32,000 nt of DNA from Cupriavidus necator (GCF_016127575.1 NZ_CP066019.1:2820001-2852000), one strand, 5' to 3'; positions 1-15,461 are shown, counted from the first letter of the stretch. Notes: generated from the sequence alone by a model not told the origin. A program made the numbers and translations.

Positions 1-1173
<1,173 letters not shown>

Positions 1174-1310
1174 GCTCACCCTGGACTCCTTTAGCGATTT
1201 GAGGACCCGCCATGGAAGGCGCGCGGTGTGGCCAGTTTACGTGACTCGCCAGCGCTTGGCGAGGCGCAGGCCGCGGCACTTGCTTGGCAAAGGCATGACC
1301 GGAGCGCGAA

Positions 1311-1327
1311 GCGTACCCGTTTCTGCG
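1311..1327 (-). repeat. dispersed copy of the origin 17-mer (GCGTACCCGTTTCTGCG, reverse complement of CGCAGAAACGGGTACGC)
   Basis: Exact match to the iteron consensus. Lies in the zwf-edd divergent intergenic region. Confidence 0.85.
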
Positions 1328-1399
1328 TGTGCTGCGCAGTGGATCGTGCGGTACGCGGCAAAGTGCGCTAGGCTGAAAGCTCCCCCGCAGGAGAACCCC

Positions 1400-3252
<1,853 letters not shown>

Positions 3253-3256
<4 letters not shown>

Positions 3257-4191
3257 CCCAGGTGCTGCACCGGCCGGCGCGACGCCGCGCCGGCCGGGTG
3301 CGGCGCGCTCGCCGATGGCGCGCTGTCGGCCACCTTCACCGCACCCGGCACCGAGGCGGCGCCCGGCACGTGCAATTCCTGGATCGGCACCGCCAGCTTG
3401 CTGCCGGCTTGTTCCAGCACATGCTTGATGCGCTCGTAGAACGCGAAACGCACGTTCCAGTAGTCGTCATTCGAGGTCCAGTAGCGCACGTTCAGCGTGA
3501 TGCCCTGCTGCGTGTAGTTGACCACCATGGTCTCGGGCCTGGGTTCGGCCAGCAGGCGCGGCTCGCGCGCGAGCATCGCGCGCAGCGCTTCCAGGCTGCG
3601 CTGCACATCGCTGTCGAAGGTCACCGTGGCCTCGATGTCTGCGCGCCGCGTGGCGTTCTCGCTGTAGTTGGTGATGGCGCTTCCCCACAGCTTGCCGTTT
3701 GGCACGCGCAGGCAGACGCCATCGAAGGTGGTCAGCTCGGTCATGAAGAGGCCGGTCTCGCGCACGGTGCCGGCCACCCCCTGCGCATCGATGTACTGGC
3801 CGACGCGGAACGGCCGCAGCAGCACCAGCATGATGCCGGCGGCAATGTTCTGCAGCGTGCCCTGCAGTGCCAGCCCGATGGCCAGTCCCGCGGCGCCCAG
3901 CATGGCGATGATGCTGGCGGTCTGCACCCCGAACTGCGACAGCACCAGCACGATGGTCAGCACGCGCACCATCCATTGCAGCGCGTTGGCCAGCAGCGGG
4001 CGCATGGTCTCGTCCACGTGCGTGCCGCTGAGCGCGCGCCGGGCGCCCCGGGCCACGCGGGCCGACAGCCACCAGCCGGCCATCAGGATCAGGATGGCTG
4101 CCAGGCAGTTCATTCCCTGGTTGATGGCGAACTGGACCAGGTAAGTCCAGCCCGCCTCCAGCTTGTTCGCATCGATGAAGTTCAGGTCCAT
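3253..4191 (-). CDS. MscS-family mechanosensitive ion channel
   Basis: Track ORF 3253..4314, trimmed to [10 protein letters not shown]. It has TM helices followed by [24 protein letters not shown] and [18 protein letters not shown], which are characteristic of MscS-like channels. It converges on edd with overlapping stop codons. Confidence 0.85.
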
Positions 4192-4237
4192 GGGAGCGGC
4201 TCCGTTTGCGGTTGTTATGGAGGAGACAGGCGGTGCT

Positions 4238-4254
4238 GCGTACCCGTTTCTGCG
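4238..4254 (-). repeat. dispersed copy of the origin 17-mer
   Basis: GCGTACCCGTTTCTGCG, an exact consensus match. Lies 47 bp upstream of the MscS-family start. Confidence 0.85.
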
Positions 4255-4551
4255 TGCGGCAGCGGGCTGCCAGATCGCCCCCAGGCGCCTGGCGGGGAAT
4301 TTCCCGCTTGACAACTTGCCGCACGTTGCCAGCGCGATGTCGGACGATCACCGACAATGCCGGCACGGCAATACAGTGAAGGGGACAAGCAAGGCGGGAT
4401 TTGGTTTCCGGCGATTGCGTCACGCGGTTGCGTGCAGGCGCGCCAGCCCTTGTGCAATCAAGGCTGGCGGCGGATCAGAAAAATCCGAGCGAGGGAGGAA
4501 CCAGGGGCAGCCAGGCCAGGCTCGGCGCGGCGGGCCGGCTGTGCGGCACAA

Positions 4552-4567
4552 CTTTCAGCGACGAAAG
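4552..4567. promoter_or_regulatory. degenerate copy of the parS-like palindrome (CTTTCAGCGACGAAAG)
   Basis: 14 of 16 positions match CTTTCAGCGCTGAAAG at 21084-21099. It sits inside a longer inverted repeat, CAACTTTC-N6-GAAAGTTG. Confidence 0.3.
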
Positions 4568-4614
4568 TTGGCGAATAGGGGTCGGCGATACCGCCATCCG
4601 GGCATCGACAGGGA

Positions 4615-4631
4615 CGCAGAAACGGGTACGC
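4615..4631 (+). repeat. dispersed copy of the origin 17-mer
   Basis: CGCAGAAACGGGTACGC, exact. Flanked directly by CAGGGA and TCCCTG. Lies 3' of the MFS gene. Confidence 0.85.
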
Positions 4632-4650
4632 TCCCTGCCCCGGCAATGGG

Positions 4651-5898
4651 TCAGGCCGGATGATCGTGCAGCCGGTCGCGCGCGGCCAGCGCAGGAAAGA
4701 GCCGCATCCACAGCGCCACCACCAGCAGCGTGCCGACGCCGCCCAGGATCACCGCGCCCACCGGGCCCAGCAATGCCGCGGTGACGCCGGACTCGAACTC
4801 GCCCAACTGGTTCGAGGCGCCGATAAACACCGAATTGACCGCGCCCACGCGCCCGCGCATGTCGTCCGGGGTCTCGAGCTGGACCAGCGTGGAGCGCACC
4901 ACCACGCTGATCATGTCCGAGGCGCCCAGCACCACCAGCGCCACCATCGACAACGGCAGCCAGGTCGATACGCCGAACACCACGGTAGCCACCCCGAACA
5001 GCGCCACCGCGCCGAACATGATGCGCCCGGCGCGCCGGTTCAGCGGATGGCGCGCCAGCCACAGCGCCATTACCAGCGCGCCGACTGCCGGCGACGAACG
5101 CAGCAGCCCCAGGCCCCACGGCCCGGTGTGCAGGATGTCGCGCGCGTAGATCGGCAGCAGCGCCACGGCGCCGCCCAGCAGCACCGCGAACAGGTCCAGC
5201 GAAATCGCGCCCAGCAGCACCGGGCGGCTGCGGATATAGGCAAACCCGGCAAACACGGTGCGCACGCTGACCGGCGCGGTCAGGCGCTGCGCGGCCTGGC
5301 GCAGCGTGATGCCGCTGACCAGCACGGCGGCAATGGCAAAGAGCGTGGCACTCAGCCCGTAGACCACGCCCGGCCCGGCCACGTAGGCAAAGCCACCAAT
5401 TGCCGGGCCGATGATGATGGCGGCCTGCCCGGCGGAGCTGGCCAGCGCCACCGCGCGCGGCAGCTGGCGCGGCGTCACCACGCTGGGCAGCAGCGCCTGC
5501 AGCGTGGGGGTCTCGAACGCGCGCGTGGCGCCGATCAGCGCGACGAAGACAAAGATGTGATGGCTGTCGATCCAGCCGCTCAGGCTGGCCACGGCCATGC
5601 CGGCGGCCAGCAGCGCCTCGATCGCCTGACAGGTGCGCACGATGCGGCGCCGGTCGAAGCGGTCGGCCACGTGCCCCGACATCAGGATCAGCACCACCGA
5701 CGGCAGGAACTGCACCAGCCCGACCATGCCGAGCATCAGCGGGTCGCGGGTCAGGTCGTACATCTGCCAGCCGACCGCCACCGTAAAGATCTGGTAGCCA
5801 ATCGTGGTGCACAGGCGCGCGAACCAGTAACGGCGGAAAACGGCGTCGCGGAAGACGCTGTCCGGCGCGGCGGCCTGGACGGTGGCTGGGGAAGACAT
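4651..5898 (-). CDS. MFS transporter (EntS/MFS_3-like, possible siderophore exporter)
   Basis: Track ORF 4651..6033. A 12-TM-like hydrophobic pattern with FRRYWFARLCTTIGYQ and HVADRFDRRRI motifs recalls the enterobactin-exporter-type MFS family. The start was placed at MSSPATVQ (5898). No clear SD is present, so the start is uncertain. Confidence 0.78.
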   Translation of the reverse strand: MSSPATVQAAAPDSVFRDAVFRRYWFARLCTTIGYQIFTVAVGWQMYDLTRDPLMLGMVGLVQFLPSVVLILMSGHVADRFDRRRIVRTCQAIEALLAAGMAVASLSGWIDSHHIFVFVALIGATRAFETPTLQALLPSVVTPRQLPRAVALASSAGQAAIIIGPAIGGFAYVAGPGVVYGLSATLFAIAAVLVSGITLRQAAQRLTAPVSVRTVFAGFAYIRSRPVLLGAISLDLFAVLLGGAVALLPIYARDILHTGPWGLGLLRSSPAVGALVMALWLARHPLNRRAGRIMFGAVALFGVATVVFGVSTWLPLSMVALVVLGASDMISVVVRSTLVQLETPDDMRGRVGAVNSVFIGASNQLGEFESGVTAALLGPVGAVILGGVGTLLVVALWMRLFPALAARDRLHDHPA

Positions 5899-6150
5899 GG
5901 ATGCGGGAGGGAGGCGGAGATGGCTGCGCACCGCCCAGCGCCGCCGTGCCGTTGAGGACGCCACGACAGCCATTGCAGTGCACAAAGGCAAGATTCTAAA
6001 GCGCCTGCTGAATACCTGCATACAGATGCCCACACGCGCACACCTATCGAAAAAAATATTAGTAGTTCACCTCTTTTAGGTGTCCGGACGTCTGCACATT
6101 GATGCACATAAACCACAATCCCGGGCGGCGGGTGCTGGCCGTTTCGCTTC

Positions 6151-6175
6151 TGAGAATCACTCGCATTTATAATCT
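6151..6175. promoter_or_regulatory. candidate Fur box
   Basis: TGAGAATCACTCGCATTTATAATCT lies in the AT-richer gap between the MFS gene and the TonB-dependent receptor. It matches about 10/19 positions of the GATAATGATAATCATTATC consensus. Confidence 0.3.
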
Positions 6176-6249
6176 CGGCCCATTGGCGCGGCCGCCCACG
6201 ACGTCCCTCCCCTTGGCTTGCGGAACGCGCTGCTTCTCAGGAATCCATC

Positions 6250-8406
6250 TTGCAGCCCGCTTTCCGCCTTTCCGGGGGTGCCATCGGCGCCGCCCTGCTG
6301 TTCGCCCAGCTTGCCGCCCTGCCGGCCCACGCCGCTGATCCCGCGCCTGCCGCCAACCCCGAAGCCACGCTGAACGCCGTCACCGTGGTCGGCAACTGGC
6401 TGGAGAACGCCAACGAGGCCAAGGTGCTGGAGCATCCCGGCGCGCGTACCATCGTCGACCGCGAGACCTTCCAGGAAGCCGGCGCCAACAACGTGCGCGA
6501 GGTGCTGCGTCGCATCCCCGGCGTGCAGGTGCAGGAGAACAACGGCACCGGCGGCAGCGATGTCTCGCTCAACGTGGGCGTGCGCGGGCTGACCTCGCGC
6601 CTGTCGCCGCGCTCGACCATCCTGATGGACGGCGTGCCGCTGGCAGTGGCGCCCTACGGCCAGCCGCAGCTGTCGATGGCGCCGTTGTCGCTGGGCAACC
6701 TGGAAACCATCGACGTGGTGCGCGGCGCCGGCTCGGTGCGCTACGGCCCGCAGAACGTGGGCGGCATCATCAACTTCGTGACGCGCCCGATACCGAAGAC
6801 CTTCGTGGCCGATGCGTCGGTGTCGACCGACATCTACAGCCACGGCGGCAGCGTCAAGACCAACCCGACCGCATTCATCGGCGGCACCAACGACAACGGC
6901 CTGGGCGGCGCGCTGCTGTACTCGGGCATCCATGGCAACGGCTATCGCGAGAGCAACGACCACGTCAATATCGACGACCTGATGCTCAAGGGCACGTACC
7001 GGATCTCGAAGACCGATGAACTGAGCGCGGCCTTCCACTACTACGAGGGCAGGGCCGGCATGCCCGGCGGCCTGACTTCGGCCCAGTATGCGGCCGACCC
7101 GTTCCAGTCGGTGCGGCCCTACGACAATTTCGACGGCCGCCGCAGCGACTTCAGCCTGAAGTACAGCCACAACGACAATAACCGCAAGTTCGAGGTGCTG
7201 ACGTACTACACCGACAGCTTCCGCGGCAGCAACATCGAGCAGCAAGGCACCGGCACGCAGGCCAACCTGCGCCGCCTGACCGCGGCCCCGCGCAATTACC
7301 ACACGTTCGCGATCGAGCCACGCTACTCGCAGCTGTTCCGCGGCGAGAGCATGAGCCACGAGGTCAGCGTCGGCTACCGCTTCCTGCGCGAAGCCAGCGA
7401 CGAAAAGGCATCGCGCACGCTGTTCTACACCCCGGGCACCATCGATCCGACCACGCTGCGCTCGCCGGTGTACCAGTCGCGCACGGGCGGCACCACCGCC
7501 AATGCGGTCTATATCGACGACACCATCAACGTCGGCAGCTGGACCATCACGCCGGGCCTGCGCTATGAGTTCATCCGATCGTATGTGACCGACAACTTCA
7601 CCGGCGCTCGCAACGACGTCTCGTCCAACGAGCCGTTGCCGTCGCTGGCGGTGATGTACCACGTCAGCGACCAGTGGAAGCTGTTCGCCAACGCCGGCGT
7701 TTCGTTCGGCCCGCTGCAGTACTTCCAGATCGCGCAGACCACCAACGGCCTGACGCCCGAGAAGGCCAAGACGTATGAGGTCGGCACGCACTTCAACGCC
7801 AACGGCTGGGGCGGCGAGCTGACGCTGTTCAATATCGATTTCGACGACGAGCTGCAACTGCGCGGCGGCACCGGCGGCGCGCCGGACGCGTGGACCAACC
7901 TCGGCGCCACCACCCACCGTGGCGTGGAATCGTCGCTGCGCTATGACTTCGGCGCGCTCGACAAGTCGCTGGCCGGCCTGTCGGCATACGCCACCTACAC
8001 CTTCACCGAAGCCACCTACAACCAGGGCAACTTCGCCGGGCGCGACCTGCCGTTCTATTCGCGCCACGTGGCCACCGTAGGCATGCGCTATGCGCGCAAC
8101 CGCTGGGCACTCAATGTCGATGGCTTCGCGCAGTCGAAACAGCGTTCGCCGGGCGATCCGAGCACGTCGACCAACTACCAGACGGCGGAAAGCGCAAACG
8201 GTGCGCTGGGCGATATCCCGGGTTATGCGCTGCTGAACATGCGGCTGGGCTATGACTTCGGCAAGTCGGCGCAGAATCTGAAGGTGGCGGTTGGGGTGAA
8301 GAACGTGTTCGACAAGCGCTATTTCACGCGCTCGACCGACAACAATGCGGGCAAGTATGTGGGGATGCCGCGGACGTTCTATATCCAGGCGTCACTGGCA
8401 TATTGA
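6250..8406 (+). CDS. TonB-dependent (siderophore-type) outer-membrane receptor
   Basis: TTG start as given in the track. The signal peptide ends LAALPAHA/AD. Plug-domain motifs include ETIDVVRGAGSVRYGPQNVGGIINFVTR. The product is a long beta-barrel ending in the aromatic terminus FYIQASLAY. Confidence 0.9.
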   Translation: MQPAFRLSGGAIGAALLFAQLAALPAHAADPAPAANPEATLNAVTVVGNWLENANEAKVLEHPGARTIVDRETFQEAGANNVREVLRRIPGVQVQENNGTGGSDVSLNVGVRGLTSRLSPRSTILMDGVPLAVAPYGQPQLSMAPLSLGNLETIDVVRGAGSVRYGPQNVGGIINFVTRPIPKTFVADASVSTDIYSHGGSVKTNPTAFIGGTNDNGLGGALLYSGIHGNGYRESNDHVNIDDLMLKGTYRISKTDELSAAFHYYEGRAGMPGGLTSAQYAADPFQSVRPYDNFDGRRSDFSLKYSHNDNNRKFEVLTYYTDSFRGSNIEQQGTGTQANLRRLTAAPRNYHTFAIEPRYSQLFRGESMSHEVSVGYRFLREASDEKASRTLFYTPGTIDPTTLRSPVYQSRTGGTTANAVYIDDTINVGSWTITPGLRYEFIRSYVTDNFTGARNDVSSNEPLPSLAVMYHVSDQWKLFANAGVSFGPLQYFQIAQTTNGLTPEKAKTYEVGTHFNANGWGGELTLFNIDFDDELQLRGGTGGAPDAWTNLGATTHRGVESSLRYDFGALDKSLAGLSAYATYTFTEATYNQGNFAGRDLPFYSRHVATVGMRYARNRWALNVDGFAQSKQRSPGDPSTSTNYQTAESANGALGDIPGYALLNMRLGYDFGKSAQNLKVAVGVKNVFDKRYFTRSTDNNAGKYVGMPRTFYIQASLAY

Positions 8407-8445
8407 GGCGAAATCAGGCTGAGGGGGTGCTCCCCTCAGGTAGCA

Positions 8446-8478
8446 AAACGGCTCGCAGTTGCGAGCCGTTTTTGCTTT
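8446..8478. terminator. bidirectional rho-independent terminator
   Basis: AAAACGGCTCGC-AGTT-GCGAGCCGTTTT, with an A-run before and a T-run after. Lies between the converging receptor and prfC genes. A second hairpin, CTGAGGGG..CCCCTCAG, is at 8419-8439. Confidence 0.65.
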
Positions 8479-8496
8479 TGCAGCTTTAGTACGCGA

Positions 8497-10098
<1,602 letters not shown>

Positions 10099-10271
10099 GG
10101 CAGCGGAGTTTGACTGGGAAATATTGGATGGCCCGGCGGGCGGCCGGGCCAGCGCCGGCAGCGCCCGCAGGCGATGGCGGGGCCGGGCTCTGCGGGCACG
10201 CGAAGGGAATGGGGCGCTATTTTACCGGTTTTGGGCACCGCTCCGGGTTTGTGGCGCCCAGGTGCGGCAAG

Positions 10272-11345
10272 TTATTCCGCCAGCTTCTCTGCCGGCTTGC
10301 CGCGCAGGCTGCCGAACTGCAGCGCGTACTGACGCGTCAGTTCCGCGCCGAAAAAGAAGATCTGTGCCGAGTAATACACCCATAGCATCAGCGCCACCAC
10401 CGAGCCCGCGGCCCCGTACGAGGAGGCCACGGCGCTGTTGCCCAGGTACAGGCCGATCAGCCGCTTGCCGATCGAGAATAGCAAGGCTGTGATGACCGCG
10501 CCCATGGTGACGTCGCGCCAGGCAATGCGCGCATTGGGCAGCATCTTGAAGATCACCGCGAACAGCGCCGTCACCACGGCAAAAGAAAAGGCGGTGGAAA
10601 GCACATCGGCCACCGGCGCGAACCACGATTGCGTCCACAACTGGCCCCACAGGCGCTCAACCACGGCCAGCGCCGCATTGACGATCAGAGACACCAGCAG
10701 CATGAAGGCCAGCACCAGCACCAGGCTGAATGACAGCAGGCGCGTGCGCAGCAATTGCTGCCAGCCCGCCGTCTCGGGCACCGGCACATGCCAGATGTCG
10801 TCCAGGCTGCTCTTGAGCTCGGCAAAGGCACTCGTGGCGCCCACGAGCAGGATGCCCGTCGCCACCAGCGCCGCCATGCCGCTGCCGCCTGCGCGGTGCG
10901 TAGCCGCCAGGATTTCCTGGATGGCCGTGGCGCCCTGCTCGCCCACCAGGCCTTCAAGCTGCGAGAAAATCTCGCCGCGTGCGGCCTCGGCGCCGAAGAA
11001 CAGGCCGGCGATCGAGATCACCAGCACCAGGATAGGCGCCAGCGAGAACAGCATGTAGAAGGAGAGCGCCGCCCCTTTGCTGGCCGCCCGATGCGCGAAC
11101 CAGGAGTTGATGGCGGCAGCGACCACGCGCAGGGTGCGTGCGCCGGTATGGCGGTCCGGCAGCCAGTGCGGGCGATGCCTGCGGTGATGTGGCGCCGCGC
11201 TGCCGGCGGAAGAGGACTGGTGTTCGGTATTGTCGGTCACGGCCAGGTGCTGGCGCGATGCGCCAGGCGGATCGCGTGTGCGTTGCGCATGCCTTCGGGG
11301 CGCGGTCTGTGCGGCGAAGGCCCGTGCGTTCATCATACTGCGCAT
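10272..11345 (-). CDS. YihY/BrkB family inner-membrane protein
   Basis: Track ORF 10272..11438. Motifs GAALSFYMLFSLAPILVL and YGAAGSVVALMLWVYYSAQIFFFGAE are typical of YihY/BrkB (formerly RNase BN). The start is uncertain: MRSMMN at 11345, or 11336/11333. Confidence 0.8.
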   Translation of the reverse strand: MRSMMNARAFAAQTAPRRHAQRTRDPPGASRQHLAVTDNTEHQSSSAGSAAPHHRRHRPHWLPDRHTGARTLRVVAAAINSWFAHRAASKGAALSFYMLFSLAPILVLVISIAGLFFGAEAARGEIFSQLEGLVGEQGATAIQEILAATHRAGGSGMAALVATGILLVGATSAFAELKSSLDDIWHVPVPETAGWQQLLRTRLLSFSLVLVLAFMLLVSLIVNAALAVVERLWGQLWTQSWFAPVADVLSTAFSFAVVTALFAVIFKMLPNARIAWRDVTMGAVITALLFSIGKRLIGLYLGNSAVASSYGAAGSVVALMLWVYYSAQIFFFGAELTRQYALQFGSLRGKPAEKLAE

Positions 11346-11447
11346 CGCGCGCTGCCCCAAGCCGGCGCAGGGAGGCAACCTGCTACAGTAGGACCAGGCA
11401 CACCTGCCGGCGCAACCCGTGCCTGCGCGCCGGCGCAAGGAGGCACC

Positions 11448-11642
11448 GTGACCTGCAACCTCCGCACGCGCCCTGCGGCCGTGCTACTGATCATCGGCAT
11501 GCTGGGCTGCGCCGGCTGCGAACGCAGCCAGCCGGGCCCCAAGCCCATTTCCGGCGCGGCGGCCAGCGCCACCCCGGCCGCGCCCGCCACGCTCAATCCT
11601 CCCGACACACCAGCCGCGCCGGCATCGGGGCAACCACGCTGA
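11448..11642 (+). CDS. small putative lipoprotein (64 aa)
   Basis: GTG start preceded by AAGGAGG 4 nt upstream. The N-terminus VTCNLRTRPAAVLLIIGMLGCAGC has a signal-peptide plus lipobox-like pattern, followed by a Pro/Ala-rich tail. Confidence 0.45.
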   Translation: MTCNLRTRPAAVLLIIGMLGCAGCERSQPGPKPISGAAASATPAAPATLNPPDTPAAPASGQPR

Positions 11643-11666
11643 CGGCACCGCAGGACACTGACCGGG

Positions 11667-11683
11667 GCGTACCTGTTTCTGCG
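11667..11683 (-). repeat. dispersed copy of the origin 17-mer (CAGG variant)
   Basis: GCGTACCTGTTTCTGCG, identical to the variant at 19162-19178. Lies 25 bp after the small lipoprotein stop. Confidence 0.85.
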
Positions 11684-11973
11684 TGACCTATCGGCGGCCG
11701 GTGCAGGTGTTGCCGGGCCGCGTCAACTGCAACGCCGGTTTCAGGCGTGCAACGCGTTGCAAGAGCGCGCCTGCGGGCCTAGCGCAGCGCGTTATCCCGC
11801 ACCCCGCGTACGCAACGGGCACCCGGCGCCGCACCAGCGCGGCCACCACGCGCGCCGCCGCGCGCATGGCGCGTTGCAGCGGCGAAACCGATTGGTCTGC
11901 CACCGCGCCCCAAGGCCTGCCCGCGCTCGTCCCTCATACCGCAAACCCGCGTGGCATAAGCCTTTGCGGCCCT

Positions 11974-11988
11974 TGGCACACTTGTCGC
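11974..11988 (+). promoter_or_regulatory. candidate sigma-54 promoter (TGGCAC-N5-TCGC)
   Basis: TGGCACACTTGTCGC has the correct GG-N10-GC spacing and one mismatch to TGGCAC-N5-TTGC. It lies in a ~745 bp ORF-poor gap next to a sigma-54 activator gene. Confidence 0.3.
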
Positions 11989-12429
11989 TCAGGCAAAACA
12001 GGGGCACATGGGCCCGTGCCCATGGAACCAGCCATTGCATGCAGGAGAAAACCCAGACATGCGTCATCCGCCATCACGCATGACGGCGCGCCGGCGCTCC
12101 TACCGGCTCGCGGGTCCGCCGCCGTCGGTGGTGGACCTGCTGTCGTCGCCACTGCTGCCCCATCCGCGGGCGCGTACGCCGCCCGCCACGCCGGCCGCGC
12201 AAGGCGCTGGCTGCGCAGCGACGGCCAGGCACGGAGTTGCCAGGGCTGCCTTCCGGCGCCACGCGGGCAAGCGGCGCGCGTGACCGCAGGCAGTATTGGC
12301 AACGCAGGATGTCGCGGCAGGCTGGCGCCGCGAACGGAATGATGGCGGGTACGCGAGCCAGCGTGCCCGCGCGGATTTGGTGCTCCGTCCCCCGGCGGGC
12401 ACCGTTTTTTCCACAGGGAGGCACCCGCC

Positions 12430-12819
12430 ATGACAGCCGGAATGCTTGCCGCCACGGTGCTGGCGGTGTTCTCAACCAGCGCCGCGGCGGCAAGCTATGC
12501 CTGGTTCGACCGCCCCGAAGCGGCCAGCGCCGACAGCCACGCGGCGGTCAGCAATGATGTTTACGTGCGCGGCTTTGGCTGGGCCTGGGGGGAACTGCAG
12601 CTTTCGCCGGACACGCCGTCCGGTGCCGCCACGTCAACGCCAGGGCGGCAAGCGCGCGACAAGCCGGAGCGCGGCGCGATCGTGCCGTGGCGCCAGCATG
12701 ACGAGAACGGGCCGCCGCGCCAGCCGCGCGGCAAGCTCAGCATGAACCTTGCCGCCGAGCTGATGGATGCGGCCAGCGGCGAGTCCGGGGCCAGGCGGCC
12801 CCTGGCAGTGGTGCGCTGA
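12430..12819 (+). CDS. hypothetical secreted protein (129 aa)
   Basis: GGGAGG lies 8 nt upstream of the ATG. The N-terminus MTAGMLAATVLAVFSTSAAAASY looks like a Sec signal peptide. I recognise no family. Confidence 0.45.
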   Translation: MTAGMLAATVLAVFSTSAAAASYAWFDRPEAASADSHAAVSNDVYVRGFGWAWGELQLSPDTPSGAATSTPGRQARDKPERGAIVPWRQHDENGPPRQPRGKLSMNLAAELMDAASGESGARRPLAVVR

Positions 12820-12932
12820 CGTGCCGACGGGCACGAGGAAAGGCGGAGCCGGCGGGCGGACGTCGCCTGTTCCCCTTTCCTGCGGCGCCTGGGATTGCGT
12901 CCGGCCTCCGGCAACCTGCGCCGGCTTGCCGC

Positions 12933-14300
<1,368 letters not shown>

Positions 14301-14425
14301 CACGATCTCCCGGACGTTAGGCTTGTTCTTGGTTCGGGCACCCGTGTCCGCCGTCGCGGCCTGCAGCCGCGGCGGACGGTGGGGCTGAACTGGCTGCGGG
14401 CACGCACCCGCGCGCGACGTCGGTA

Positions 14426-14896
14426 TCACGAGCTGGACAGACTGCGGAGTTGCTCATCGGGCGCGGCAAGATCGTCCGCACCCACCTGGAGCTGAGCGCG
14501 GATACGCCGCCGCACAGCCTCCTTTTCACGCATCAACTCCAGGCGCGGCGCCTGCTGCGACTGGCCGGAGTATTGGTAGTAGAGCGTCTTGTAGGTCTGT
14601 TGGCTCAGGATCCATTCCTGCAACAGCGTGCGCTGGCGTGTCAGTTCGCCTTCGAGCAGGCGATGGCGGCGCAGCAGGTTGGCCACGGCCGCGCGTGCGC
14701 TGTCGCTGAGTTCGCTGTCGTCGGCAAGCAGGGCGGCCACCTCGGCCGTCGCGCCATCTTGGACGGTCCGCTTGCTGGGTGCTTCGCCTGCGGCTTCCCC
14801 CACGGCAGCCCAGGCATGATGGATGGCTCGGATGGAGCGGTTATTAGTCTCCCTGACAGGCCCGATAGCGGGTCGCCGGATCTCTCCTGCGGTCAT
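14426..14896 (-). CDS. hypothetical coiled-coil protein (156 aa)
   Basis: Track ORF with GGGGA 5 nt upstream of the ATG. It is co-oriented with and immediately upstream of the bEBP gene. No recognised family. Confidence 0.45.
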   Translation of the reverse strand: MTAGEIRRPAIGPVRETNNRSIRAIHHAWAAVGEAAGEAPSKRTVQDGATAEVAALLADDSELSDSARAAVANLLRRHRLLEGELTRQRTLLQEWILSQQTYKTLYYQYSGQSQQAPRLELMREKEAVRRRIRAQLQVGADDLAAPDEQLRSLSSS

Positions 14897-15317
14897 GATA
14901 ATCCCCGTTGAACAACATCCCCCGGCACTACACGTCTGCGGTTACCACTTGTCAGTCTTTGAACTGGTTTTTTGTCTGCGTGGCGCGCGTGTTTCCCGCA
15001 CGCTCCCGGATGGTGGCTATGCCGCCTTGTTGACGGTCTGGACCGAAATGTCCACCGACCGGCGAACGGCGCTCAAGCGCTCTCGGTTGGCTCCGGCATC
15101 CTGCCGCATGCACCGGAGTCAAGAAGGGGCGCCTTGCCGCGCCCCTCTTTGCCACGTCTATAGTTCAGTGCATTTGGGGCACTTTGTCCAGCCCCGAGTG
15201 GGTGACTTACAGCCAATCTCATACTTTGGTATGAGGCCGCGCGCACACTGGCCCCCGGCCTGCCACCGCCACCTTTTCGGACACATTACGAGCAGTCGAT
15301 GTCTGCATCCATGCTAC

Positions 15318-15334
15318 GCAGAAACGGGTACGCT
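15318..15334 (+). repeat. dispersed copy of the origin 17-mer
   Basis: CGCAGAAACGGGTACGC, exact. Intergenic. Confidence 0.85.
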
Positions 15335-15417
15335 TTGACCCCCGAACGGGTGATGGCAGCACCGTCGCCGCGGGTGCCGCAAGCCGTGCCGCATGCCCGA
15401 GGGGTGGCGGACTGTCA

Positions 15418-15434
15418 CGCAGAAACAGGTACGC
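15418..15434 (+). repeat. dispersed copy of the origin 17-mer (CAGG variant)
   Basis: CGCAGAAACAGGTACGC. Intergenic. Confidence 0.85.
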
Positions 15435-15461
15435 CCGGCCGGTGGACCCGCTCGCGCGGCA

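Noticed and set aside
12059-12283. 74-aa ORF (MRHPPSRMTARRRSYRL...) downstream of the sigma-54-like promoter
   Set aside because: The composition is Arg/Pro/Ala-rich and shadow-like, with no motif or hydrophobic core. High third-position GC is uninformative in DNA this GC-rich. It is kept only as a possibility inside the related finding.
15125-15150. Hairpin AGGGGCGC-CTTGCC-GCGCCCCT followed by CTTTG in an intergenic region (orphan terminator or sRNA 3' end?)
   Set aside because: The U-tail is short and interrupted. No upstream promoter or ORF could be paired with it. GC-rich palindromes of this size are common in this kind of genome.
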